From Eledone cirrhosa (Eukaryota), in NCBI GenBank assembly GCA_964016885.1, contig OZ024743.1, forward strand, positions 324,322,001 to 324,386,000: a DNA stretch of 64,000 bases, given 5' to 3'. The notes below the pieces were generated by a model that saw only the letters and a list, made by a program, of their open reading frames with translations, had not been told where the DNA came from and did no database searches. Made by a program: the position numbers and the translations under genes. Shown piece by piece: positions 13,820-27,000 of the stretch (the first letter of the stretch is position 1; the number at the start of each line of letters is the position of its first letter).

Positions 13820-14838
13820 CATCATCATCATCATCATCATCACTGTTTTACGTCCGTTCTTCCACGCTAGCATGGGTTAGACGGGTTGTCCTGTTGTAGG
13901 CAGTGTCCGGTCGGCTGACCTTGTCTAGCTCATACAGGAACTGATTCTGGCTTGATTTCTACAGCTGGATGCCCTTCCTAACACCAACCTCATTTACAGT
14001 GAGTGCTGGGTACTTTTTTTTCCGTAGCACCTCCACGTCCACTTTACAGTGTGGGCTGGGTGCTTTTTGCCGTGGCACCTCCACGTCCACTTTGCAATAG
14101 GAGGGTGTGGGGGCATATTGTATATATACTTCAGCTTCGGCTTGTTCCTGTGGGGCGTCGGGTCTTCTGTATAACTGCGTGACACCAGAGGTCACGGTCA
14201 TGTGTCATCACCTTTGAGAGGTGTAATTGGGTAAGGTCGGCTTTTATCACCTCATCCCAGGTCTTCTTGGGTCTCCCCACTCCGCGGTTTCCATCGACTT
14301 CTAGTGCTCTGCACCTTTTTATGCAGCTGTCATCCTTCATACGCATCACATGTCCATACCAATGCAACCGCCTCTCCTGCACACAGCATTTGATTCCTCT
14401 TATGCTCAGTCTCTCTCTCAATTCATTTATGCTTTGTCGTTCCGTATATTACTGTTACACATCCATCGGAGCATGCAGGCTTTGTTTCTTTCAAATCTAT
14501 GCAAGTCTTCCACAGACAGTGCCCAGCTCTCACTACCATGTAACATTGCTGTTTGTATACGCACATCATACAGTCTGCCTTTCATTTTGAGGGAAAAGCC
14601 TTTTGCAGCTAGCAGTGGCAGTAGCTCCCTGAACTTCTTCCATCCCGTTCTTACTCTAGTTATTGTACTTTCCGAACACCCACCTCCGCTTCTAATTTGG
14701 TCACCTAGGTAGCAGAAACTGTCTACTGTTTCTACAGAGCCCTCCCAGAGTTTGGTGGTACTTGTTTCCTGTGGCTGTTTGCTGCTTGCTGTCTCAGCAC
14801 AGCTGCTACATGTGAAGCCTACATTCTTAGTTAAGCTT
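13820..14838 (-). mobile_element. 5'-truncated RTE LINE (donor of SINE tail A)
   Basis: [12 protein letters not shown]...GRPKKTW...DRDLW RTE C-terminus; 3'UTR and (GAT)n tail. Confidence 0.9.
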
Positions 14839-15564
14839 CACAAATTAGGGGGTCTCTTCATGGTTGCCTGACTTCCTAGAAATAATAATAAAATCACCCT
14901 TAAATCACACCCTGCCTGCTTAAACATGGACACATTTCATTACCACATTTCTATTGAAATGCACTGTATTTCAATTAATGAAGAATTTAAAGAATCACTT
15001 CACTAAAATTACTTATTTTATTATTAAAACAATTGGTATTTGTAACGTAACAAAAGGTTCTGTTATAAAATCATGTAAAATTTTAATTTATCAAAAGGAT
15101 TAAATAATGATGATTTCTACTATAGGCACAAGGCCAGCAATTTGAGGGAAAGGGAAAGTCGATTAAATCAACCCCAGTGCATTACTGGTGCTTTATTTTA
15201 TCAATCCGGTAAGGGTGAAAGGCAAAGCTAACCTCGGTGGGATTTGAACTCAGAATGTAAAGGGACTTAACTTTATGCCGTGAAGCATGTTGTCCAAAGC
15301 TCTACCGATTCTGCTAAAGAAAGGTATCTACTCAGCCATTTTTGATCCACTACAGAATAAAACCTCAGTAACTATGTTGATTTTAGGCCTATTTATCCAT
15401 GCTGGCTAAATAGAGATTGGCCAATGTATTCATGGGGGTCAGCTGATTAGCCTTGACCATTGGCACCTGTATAGTCATACGTTCCCCTAAATATATAGGC
15501 AGGTCATAACTAAAATTTTATTGATCTTAGGTCAGCTTAAATTTGGAGGGATTTAGTAATAACT

Positions 15565-15881
15565 TCCATCATCATTATTGTTTTACATCCATTTTTCCAT
15601 GCTTGCATGGGTTTGACAGGTCCTTTTCAGCACAACATCTCTCCACTCACCAAGTTCCATCATCATCTCCTCTGTGAGTCTCAGTAATTTGAGGTCAGCT
15701 CTCCCACCTCTACCCCGGTCTTTCTCAGTCTACCTCTACTCTGGCTTCCATCCACTGGCATTTCCTGGTTCTTCTTCACCCATCGATCATCATTCCTGCG
15801 CATGACATGTCCATACCAATGCAGTCTTCTCTCATGCACACCACCTTGGATTCTTTTTAAACCCAGCTTCTCCCTCTTCAT
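15565..15881 (-). mobile_element. Degraded RTE LINE 3' fragment
   Basis: ERRLHWYGHVMRR...RGRLRKT plus CCCATGCAAGCATGGAAAAATGGATGTAAAAC tail. Confidence 0.8.
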
Positions 15882-17764
15882 TCAATTCTAATTATTAAAT
15901 TGGTGATTTGAATATAACTTTCAAAGGTTCCTACAGAAGATTATGATGGAAGGTTTTTAGATAAATATAAACACTCTGACCCTTTTGTTATCATATTTCA
16001 AAAGAAAGACACTGCCTACAATTTTTAAATGATTTTGAAAGTAGTCAAGAATTTGAAGGGATTTAATAAGATGACTTTCATTATTAATTTGGTGTTAAGG
16101 GCAGTGAGTTGGCAGTATCGGTAGAGCATCGGACAACATTCTGTGTGACATAGAGTTATGTCCCTTTATGTTCTGTGTTCAAATCCCGCCATGGTTAGCT
16201 TTGCCTTTCATCCTTACGGGGTCAATAAATTCAAGTACCAGTAACACACTGAAGTCAGTCTAATCGACATGCTTTTCCCAAAAAATTGGTGGTCTTGTGC
16301 CTAAATCAAAAACCATTATTACTTTGGTATTTGGAACATAACAAAGGTTCTTACATAAGATGGAAAGGTTTTAAATATGGACACTTTCACCCTTTCATTA
16401 CCATATTTCTAATGTTATTCTTGTATATTGGTTCATATGTTATAGTATGTAAGGTAATTATTTACTTCATTCATAAATTTAACTCATAACGTCCTATACC
16501 ACATGAAACCACATTAGCAAGATATTCTTGAAAAGCACTATGACAGCATCACATTAAAAATTAAAGCTTCTACTTTTGCAGCGATGTATTTAAGAATTAA
16601 AAGAAACAGGCTGAACTGAAAACACGAGTAGAATAGCAACACACACAAACACACACTAGTGATCAAAGATAGAATATAAATATACACAGATGCAATAACA
16701 ACACCCACACACTGACACACACTAGGGCCCAAAGATAGAATATAAACACATAGCACCACCAAACAGTGTACAAGCACACAAACACATGTGCAAACAGAGA
16801 CAACAATATAAATGTTATAGAAACACAACGGGAGGAAACACAGAGATAATTATTGCTACTGAAGATGTCACAGAAATGTATGATGAAAGAACTTTGAGAA
16901 ATTATATTTATATTTATATTTTTAACTATTAGTCAATCAATGATAAACATTGATTTACAGCTAAATTATTTATAAAAGTATAAAAATATACTGAAGCGAA
17001 AACCAAATTAAATTGTGAGTGTGTTTTATTATTTTTGGCAATATTAAGACAACATGACCCTCCCCAAATATAACAACCTCTGCTTTTGTTTTTTACTGCA
17101 AATTTTCACAACGATCTGTCACCTAGTAAAGATACTATGGATATTTGAATTACATGACAAAAATAACCCAGTCAATACTGTAAAGTGGTTATGCTGGTGA
17201 CACAAAAAGCACCCAGTACTGTAAATGAGATTGGCATTAGGAAGGGCATCCAGTTGTAGAAACCAAGCCCAAATCAGTTCTGTATGTGCAAGACATGGTA
17301 ACCTGACCTAGCATTGCCTACAACAGGACAACTGGTCTAACCCATGCTAGTGTCGAAAAATGGACGTAAAACAGTGATGATGAGGATGATGATGATGATA
17401 AAACCATGTTCACTAGTAATACATATTTTCACAATGACCAGTCACCTAGTAAATATACTATGGATATTTGAATTAATAAACTACATAAACCACGTTGACA
17501 GGATCTTCTTTACACTAATATCACATATTTTCACAATGACCAGTCACCTAGTAAATATACTATGGATATTTGAATTAACAAACCTGTTTTTAGAAGATTT
17601 TTTGCTGATTCATAACAGGGTGTTAAAAGTTAAAAACGACAAGACCAATAAAAGCAATAAATGTAACAAACAAAATACAGGAAATTATGGAAAGAAAGAA
17701 TAAAGAAGCAAAGATAGACAAAAAGAGAGAGAAAAACTAAGAAAAGGGTGTGAGAGAGAGGTGA

Positions 17765-17812
<48 letters not shown>

Positions 17813-18068
17813 AAAGAAGACAGAAAAAGAAAGAATTATAGGCAATAAAGTAAGAAGAAAGAGAGAAAGAAGGAATTGCAAGCTAAGTGATGTCTAATTG
17901 AACAGACTATATTCTCTGATCTAGATATCTGCTGGATTCTTCCAATTGATTTTTACAAGATCAATCATTATTGTGTATTGATTTCTACTGACATATTGTA
18001 GGTTACCTGATTTTACTGAAAATACAATAACCTCTTTCTGTCTGTCTATCAGTCTATATATGTGTTTG

Positions 18069-18142
<74 letters not shown>

Positions 18143-18359
18143 AGACGTGTGTAACTTCGCGGAGAAGTTTCCGTTAATTTATGTAAGAAAAAAACGTGAG
18201 TTTTTAGTTAAATTTTATATTATTGTGTAACTTGAACCCCCGTCTGGACCTTCAAGTGGTGGGTCAACTCATTTTCGCCCCTACAGGGGCGAAATATCCG
18301 TTTGAAAATTTTTTCTCCATCGAATCTTGGAAAAAATATTGTAAAAGTTTGATTACGTT

Positions 18360-20293
18360 ATGAACGCTGCGTCCAACGATAATGGTGGTGGAGAGGCGGT
18401 AAAACTACAAAGCTCGCAGTCAACATCGTCTTCTTCACTAGATACTATAGAGATGGAAAGACGAAATGAAAATGCAAAAACAAATTCATATCCAAACAAC
18501 ACAAATGACACCAAACAGTTCAATGACAACAAAAATAACAGCAACACCAATAATGATGATAAAAACAACAATGATAACAACAACAAAGAAAAAAATAAAG
18601 ACAAGACCAATAACACCAGCATCAAAGACAACAACAACACCAAGGAAAATACGAATAATATCAACATCGGTGACAACAAGAATAACAACAACAATAACAA
18701 CAACAATAACAACAATAATGACAACACCACCAACACGGATAATTCCACAAGGAAATCAAAAATCTCCTTTGCAGAGACAGTTCAAAAAAAGGAGGAACTG
18801 ATATATCTCGACATAACAAATGCTGAACAACTTTTAAAGGACGCTAGGAGATATGTCACTTTCGAAAAAAAATGGTGCTTTCAGCATCAATTCTCCGGTA
18901 GAAATTCGCAAGGAAACTGCTCTCAAAACGATAGTTTTTAGGACAGTTTCCAATTCTACCCGAAAACCAGTCCAATTGTCACAGAAAGAAATTGAACTGG
19001 TTTTCAAAAATTCAATGAATGATATTGCATTCATTCAAAGAAGCAAACTTTTTGGGAGTATTTCGGTACTCATGAAGGATCAATTGACGGCCCAAAATTA
19101 CTCTGTGTCGCCAATTGTATCCAACCTGTACACCTTTTTCCCTACATACATGGGAAAAAGGACACAAAAGATCAGAATCACGAGTGTCACACCAAAGGTG
19201 AACATATGGTGGATACTGTGTGGCTTCATCAATTTTGATGAAGACAGAATACTGTCAGTAGGAAAGTCCCCCAGAGATGTATTCAATGGGACTAGCATTG
19301 AAGTTCTGGTGCAAATGAGCCCAGAGCGAATAGCTATGATCCCACAACGTATACTCCTGGACGGACTCACCTACATAAACTTTTCGGTTGAGGGTAGGCG
19401 GCCTTCATGTTACCATTGCTTTAGCAGGGGTCACCTGAGGGCTTCCTGTCCTAAATTAATGAATAAAAAAAAGGCTCTTCTGCCGACACCCATCAAAACA
19501 ACACAACCACCAACACCACCACAACAACAACAACACCAACACACAAAAATAACCACAACAAACACAGTCCCACCCAACCGCACTCCACCTAAAACCACTG
19601 CAAAATCACATCCAGACACAACAGCTCCCCAAGAATACCCCTCCCCAATCACACAGACGATACAACAGATGAGGCTATCTCGCCATCACCCAGTGAAGAC
19701 GAGGGAGAACCCCATCGCTCGAAAAGAAAGAAAAGTCATCACAAAAGCAAAAAAACAGCAAACACTACCACAAACATACAACCACCAACACAAACAACAA
19801 AAACATCACACACAAAACCCCCACCTCCTGAAAACAAAATACCTACAACAAAACGAAAGCACACACAAGAACTACAGACAAAAACAAACACAACACAAGA
19901 AAATTACACTTACACTTACATAAACACTGAAAACAAAACACTAATGGAGACCATCACGAACGACCCTTCGGTGAAAACCGAAGGGAAAACTTTCGCCCAC
20001 TCTATTAAAAATAGCAAAATACTGAACCTAAAACTGATTAGAGTCCCTATACAAACTTATAGGTCCCTAAAAGAAACATTTGAGAAGGATGTGGGTAATT
20101 CCTGCGTGAAACCACTCAACCACGTCCTTCTCAAATGTCTCCCCACCCAGACACCCCCATCCCACCATACCCCACCCCACCAAACATCTGCGTCCCCACC
20201 CCGCCGGAAACCACCACCCATCCAGACAACCCCTCCAACACCCCCATGGAAGAAATCGTGCGGCCTGGTCCCCAGGAGGCGAAGGGTGAGTGA
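18360..20293 (+). pseudogene. Tx1 ORF1 (Asn-rich N-terminus, gag-like zinc knuckle), frameshifted
   Basis: CYHCFSRGHLRASC = CX2CX4HX4C; frameshifts near the A-run at 18865 and near 19640 and 20170 relative to copy 3. Confidence 0.85.
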
Positions 20294-20326
20294 TCTCTTT
20301 TCCTCTTTTAACTTTTCAGCACCAAC

Positions 20327-23300
20327 ATGGCCAATATAAGAGTTGGATGTGTGAACGTACGCGGCCTGGGGCTGCCCTGGAAACAGGGCAAACTCTTAAA
20401 TGACCTCAGGTCGCACAGTATGGATGTGGTAGCCATTTGCAAGTCCAGGATCCACAGCGAGCGACAGCTGGCCCCCATCTTCGATGACTTTGAGATCTAC
20501 GCATCTCTCTGTCAACCGGGGGGTGGGAGCGGAGTTGCCATTTTGCTGCGGAAACACCTGGGCCTCGTAACACAGACGGTACATCTGGACCCGGAGGGTC
20601 GACTGGTGGTCCTAGACGTTGACGGTAGTGAAGGTGGAGCGTTCAGGCTGGTGGCCGCATATGCCCCATCCGGGACACCGCGGCCAGACTTCTTCAAACG
20701 TCTAGAGACTTTTCTGGGAACGTCCCGCTCCTTGCTTTTAGTGGGGGACTGGAATGGGATCCTAGATGCACGCTGGGACTATGTGGGAGCATGTCCCGAT
20801 AAAGGGGGTGTAACAGCCTCAAACAGTTAATCGACCGATTTGACCTGGCCGATAGATATCGACTAGATTTTCCGACTGCGCCACTGTGGACGTGGAGTAA
20901 TCGTAGCGGAACATCTAGATCGTACCTAGATAGGGTTCTAGTTAGAAATAAGGATAGGGACATGTTAAGCTGTCCACAAATGTTCATGGTTGCCTATTCA
21001 GATCACAAACTAGTGACCTGCATGGCCAACCTTGATAGAACCCATAGACAAGGACCCGGCTACTGGAAGCTGAACTTGTCGTTACCGACAAGCAAAGCAT
21101 ACAGTAGACGGATTAGCACTTTAGTTAAACAGCACTTGACAGGGGCCATTGTCAACAACAGATGGTGGTACTCTCTCAAGGGGGCAGTTAGATTAGACTC
21201 GATAGTTTTTAGTAAAGAATTAGCGTTAGATAGAAATAGAACCGAGAAGGAACTGGTAGTTAAAGTAGAAGAGGCAATTAGAAGTGGCAACGTAGCCAGC
21301 GTGCTAGCAACGAGAACGGCCTTGGACCAGTTCTTCGACGCAAAGCACGAGGGCTGCGTTGTCAGAAGCAAAACACGTGCTCTGGGAAACGAGGGAGCCA
21401 AAGCTGTTAGCTGGGCCCGAGTGACGGAGGCAAAAAGTGGCAACAAGTCCACGGTTCGGTCTTTGAAGGACCAAAACGGACGCGTGATACGTGAGCCGAA
21501 GCAGATGTGTGCGACTTTTCAGCAGCACTTTGCTCAGCTGTTCGGGAGGGGCGGCGTGCCGGGAGAGGCTATGGATTTCGGTCCATACCTCGACGGCCTA
21601 CCGCGACTCTCGGACAGCGAGGCAAAGTTCTGCGAAAAGCCGATTCAGCCGCTGAGATAGGGGACGCGCTGAGCCAATGCGGCAAACGCAAATCTCCAGG
21701 TCTCGACGGTCTACCCTACGAATTTTACGTAGCAATGCCGGACTTATTCTCCGGTCTCCTGGAAGCGGTCTACTGCAACTGGCAACAGAACGGGAGAATG
21801 CCCAGTTCTGTAACCGGGGGCGTGGTCACACTAATCAGGAAGGACGAGAATAAGGGGGGTGACATAGGCAACTTCCGGTCCATAACTCTGCTAAACACAG
21901 AGTTACAGATTTTGGCCAAGGTGTTGGCAAAGAGGCTGGCGCTTGTCGTCGAGGACCTGGTGGGAGAAGCGCAGACATGCGCAATCCCGACCAGGTCCAT
22001 ACACGACAACCTCCACCTCATGCGATACATCATAGAGAGGGTAGGGTGTAAATCCGGCTTCGGTGGGGCCCTGATCAACTTGGATCAGTCTAAGGCTTTC
22101 GATAGGGTTGACCATCGTTACCTGGATGCGGTGCTCGAGGCGGCAGGCTTCGGACCCGTGTTCAGGGGCTGGATTGCTGCAATGCACAACAGCAACATCT
22201 GCTCAAGGGTCAAGGTGAACGGCTACCTCTCGGAGCCGTTCCATATTACGCGATCCATTCGACAGGGATGCCCTCTCTCCTCCCTTCTGTACGTACTGAC
22301 TCTTGAGCCACTACTGCGGAAGTTGGAGCTATTGCAGGGCATCCCTCTGGAACCGGGACTGCGGAAAGCGGCGTCGGCCTACGCCAACGACGTGACAGTA
22401 ATGGTGTCGAGCGCCTCGCAAATCGAGGAAGTCGGCACCTTACTGAAGGAATACGAAAGTTTCACAGGAGCGAAGCTGAACCGGGACAAGTCCATCGGTT
22501 TGCAACTCGGATCGTGGAGAGGCAGACCGATGCCTTCCGATGGCGTCGACGGACGCTGGACGGAAGGACCGGTAAAGCTGCTCGGGGTCTGGTTTGGTCC
22601 GGACCGCCAGGTGGAGAAGAACTAGAACGAAGTGACGGCCAAGGTCTTTGCACTCTCCCAGAAGTGGGCCGAGTGCAAACTATCCTTGAAAGGTCGAGCG
22701 GAGGTGGCAAACACTTTTATAGCGTCCGCCATCTACTACCGCTTGACCGTCGTGCCTTGTCCAGCCAAAACGCTCGCCAAAATGGAGCGCGCGCTCTTCC
22801 GATTCCTTTGGAAGAGGCGGGCTCCTTTGGTGAGAAGATCCATCTGCTGCCAACACCCTTCTAACGGAGGGCTGGGGATGCCGTAGTTGACGATGCGCAA
22901 ACACGCGCTCAGGCTGCGACATCTCTACGTATTCCTCACCGGACAACTGGTGTGGGCCCCGTTCGTGAGGCGAGCCTTCCCACGACACGTCTCGCTGACC
23001 GAGCTGCAGTCCTGGGTCAAGCAAAGACCGAGGAAAATGGGCGACTGGCACATCGAATGTGCTCAGGCGCTCACAGCCCTCTGGCAGGCGGACCCGGCGA
23101 TCAGTGGAGACTCCACTTCGTCATTCTATAGAGGGTTGATCCGCAGCAAGTGCGACGACGCGCTCGGTGAAACTCTAGGAGTATAGGAAGATGAACTGGC
23201 CAGTCTGTTCGGTAGGACCTTCCTCCCGGGACCGATGGACAACTTCCAAAAGTCCCTGGCCTGGCAGTGCTACCGAGGAGCTCTACCAGTTCGAGACAAC

Positions 23301-23761
23301 TCTACAGACATGGGCGCCCGGGCAGGGACCCTGCAAAAAAGATCTGTCCGAGGTGCGTGCGAGACGAAGAAACTGTCGCGCACGCATTCATACACTGCCC
23401 GGGCGTCACTGACCTGTGGGGCTATGTAGAACGACTATTGGCGCGGGTGGGACCAATCCGGTTGACCACCGAGTCCATTGTCATGATCAAACCGCCACCC
23501 TCCTTCAAAAACGAAGGAGAGGCGGTTTTCCTTTGTGTTATAGCTATGGCGAAAGAGGTTGTATGGTGGACAAGGTTGAAAGGGCTGAGGTCAGACACCT
23601 TTCTCTCCGGCCAACAACTGATTCTTTTTTTCAAATACCACTTTGGAAGGAGAATCAGGATGGAGAGAGAGGTGCTGTACCCCAGCAAGTTTTATGAAAG
23701 GTGGGTGAAAGTGGCGAGAATGGCCCGAGTGAATGGGCCTTCTCTCTATATCAGCCTGTAG
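20327..23761 (+). pseudogene. Tx1 ORF2 (APE endonuclease, reverse transcriptase, C-terminal zinc knuckle), multiple lesions
   Basis: NVRGL, GDWN, SYLDR, SDH (APE); KSPGLDG, KAFDRV, RQGCPLS, YANDV (RT; copy 3 has YADDV); CPRC..ETVAHAFIHC. Confidence 0.95.
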
Positions 23762-24023
23762 GTTGAGGAAAAGGAGGAGGAGAGGAAGGGAGTACAAACT
23801 CTTCGTACTCCTGGAGATGAGGGTTGCACATTTCTTCGGGGGTATGTGTTACCCATATAAACTGTCTCCCCTATTGGGGAAAATTGACTAACTTTTTAAA
23901 TTGCATTTGTGATAACATTTTACACGTTTTTATTGTATGTAAATTTCCCCCTTTGTATTTGTCCCCTTCTTTTGTGCCCCTGTGGCTAATAAAGAAATAT
24001 ATCTATCTATCTACCTATCTATC

Positions 24024-27000
24024 CGACGCGTGGAACATCGCCGGTAAGCTTTTTTGTAAATTTCTATACAAAAAACTGAACAAATTGTTTGAAAAAACAT
24101 ATAATTTTGTAGATTAACCCCCAAGCTGAATCGTCAGCTGAGTGGTAATCCCATTTTTCGCCTCTTTAGGGGCGAAAATTTAATTTAAAAATTGTTTTAA
24201 AATATCAAATTTTGCCAACTATAAAACATGAATAGCTCGGAAAGAACGCTAGAGAACGTCGACAGAGAGAAGAGAGGTAGAGAGGCAGATATTAACGTTA
24301 TATCTACTTCTGCTACTATGGACGTTGCCATGGATACGACTATCAACAAAGAGAAAAAAATAATATTACCAATTGAAGATTTTTAAATTTCTTCCGTCGA
24401 AGCGGAGAAAAATAACACACAGGAAAACACAGGAATTAAACCTATTAATATACATACACATGAAAAAGACAACAACAATAACTCCATAGATACATCTACA
24501 CATAAAGTTTCACCTCGTCAAGAAATTGCGATTTCCAACACCGAGGCTAACAACGATAACAACAACAACAACAGCAACACCACACAAAAAAAAATGTCTT
24601 TCGCTGAAACAGTGAGCAAAAAACAAGATTTTATAAATCTTGACATCTCCAATGCAAGAGATATGCTCCAGCAAGGGAGAACATTTGTAACTTTCGAAGA
24701 CAAGGCTGGGTTTAGAATCAACTCACCTCTCGAAATAAAAGAAGAGACAGTTTGAAGGACAGTGACCTTCAGGACTGTTTCAAACACAGCGAGAAAGCCA
24801 ATATGTGTTAGTCAAGGAGACATAGAAGCCACATTGAAGGAGACTCTAGAAAATATTGACTTTCTTCAACGAGGAAAACAGTACGGCAGTATTTCCGTGC
24901 TGTTTAAAAGCGAGGCACTCGCCCAAAAACATTCTGTGACACCAATGGTGTCAAAAGCATTCACCCTTTTCCCTACGTACATGGGAAAAAGGACACAAAA
25001 AATAAAAATAAAAAATATACCACCAAACATTAACATCTGGTAGATCTTGGCTGGCTTCGTGGATACCAGAAACTGATGCCATTCTTTCAATACGAAAGTG
25101 TATTAGACAAAGGTAGGCGGGTACTGATTTGGAGATTCTGATGCAGATGAGGCCGGAGAGAATCTCCAAAATACCCGAAAAAGTCGTCATCGACGACAAC
25201 AACATAAACGTTTCGGTGGAGGGGCGTAAACTTCATTGCTTTCGCTGTGGTAGCACAACACAACTAAAGGCCTCCTGTCCTTCACAAACACACCACAACA
25301 ACATCATTAAAAATCACTATTACCAACACCAACACCAAAACAACCACCACTACAAGTACAACAACAGACGAAACGAGCAAACACACCAAAACAAACAGCC
25401 ACTCAACCAACAACAACAGAAAAACACAGACAACACCCCTGAAGAACACAGCCCCACCCCGTCAAACACTGCCACAAACACACACACCGAAACACCACCA
25501 CCACACAACATACCCCTACCCCACACTCCTGACGATGATTATTCATCGACAGATGAGGCTGCTTCTTTAAGTGAAGAAGAAGGAGAGCCTCGGAAATCTA
25601 AAAAACAAAAAAAGAGACACCACAAAACCTTCAAACTCCAATCACCAACACCAACACAACCACAGACACAAACAACAACACAAACAACACCACAGTCAAA
25701 CATCCCCCTACCAGCAAAACTAACACCAACACCACCCTAAACCCACCATAAAAAGAAAACTCGCGGACGAACAACAAACTAAAACAACACAATAAAAACA
25801 CAAACAACAATACGCATAAATCAACACAAACAACAAGATTTTGATGGAGGTCATCTCCCAAACCCCAAGGTAGAGACGGAGGGCAAAACTTTCGTCAAGG
25901 CAGAATCGTCTCCACACCTCAAACTAATAAGGGTTTCGATAGAAACCTATCAGAAATTGAAAGAACAGTTTTCGCAGGATGTTGGCAACCCCTGTCAAAA
26001 ACCTATTAACCGCGTCTTATTAAAATGTTTCCCCACCCCACCCAACACCCCCACCAGAACTGAAATGGAGATTGAACAACCCGATCTCCAGGAAACGAAC
26101 AGGTAAGTGCACCTTTTCGTCCTTTTCGCCAACTCTTCTCCACCAACATGGCTAGTTTACGAGTTGGAAGCGTGAATGTGCTTGGCCTAGGGATGCCCTG
26201 GAAACAGGGCCAACTTTTAAACGACCTTAGGTCACACAGTATGGATGTGATAGCCATCACTGAGTCCAGATCCACAACAGGCAGCAACTAACCCCCATCT
26301 TCGACGACTTTGAGATCTACGCATCTCTCTGTCAGCCAGGAGGTGGAGGGGGAGTGGCTGTCATGTTTCAGAAGAACCTGGATGTCGAAGTACAGCAAAT
26401 ACACTTGGACCCGGGGGGTAGAATGGTAGTCCTAGACGTTAACAGTATTGGAGGTGGAGCCTTCAGATTGGTGGCCGTTTATGCCCTTACCGGGCAATCG
26501 CAATAACGGCCAGACTTCTTTAAGCGTCTAGAGTCTTTTCTGGGAACGTCTCGCTGCTTACTTTTAGTGGGGGACTGGAATGGTATCCTAGATGCACGAT
26601 GGGACTATGTGGGAGCATGTCCCAGTAGAGGGGGGTGCAACAGCCTCAAAACTTTAATCGGCCAATTCCAACTGGCCGATAGGCATCAACTGGATTTCCC
26701 GACTGCACCACAGTGGACGTGGGCAAACCGCAGCGGGACATCTAGATCGTATTTAGATAGGTTCTTCATTAGAGAAAGGGACAAGGAGATGTTAAGCTGT
26801 CCACGAATGCATATGGTTGCCTACTCAGATCACAAATTAGTCGTCTGCTTAGTCAATCGTGATAGAATACATAGACAGGGACCCGGATACTGGAAGCTGA
26901 ACGTGTCGTTGCCGGCACGTAAAGCTTACAGTGAACGGATAAGTAGACTAGTCAAGCAACAGTTAACGGGAGCCATCGTCAACAATAGATGGTGGTAATC

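Larger units (their letters stand above)
18143..23997 (+). mobile_element. Full-length L1/Tx1-clade LINE copy 1 (disrupted)
   Basis: 5'UTR, ORF1 with CCHC knuckle, ORF2 APE-RT-zinc knuckle, 3' end AATAAAGAAA; flanked by (TATC)n on both sides. Confidence 0.95.

Noticed and set aside
13234-13899. Mucin-like Thr-rich ORF (and His/Pro-rich ORFs at 34898-35532)
   Set aside because: These are translations of (ACC)n tracts open in several frames on both strands, with no splice or domain evidence.
18865-18875. Programmed frameshift in Tx1 ORF1 at the A-run
   Set aside because: Copy 2 reads through the equivalent position (TTCGAAGACAAGGCTGG) without the run, so a homopolymer indel or sequencing error is more likely.
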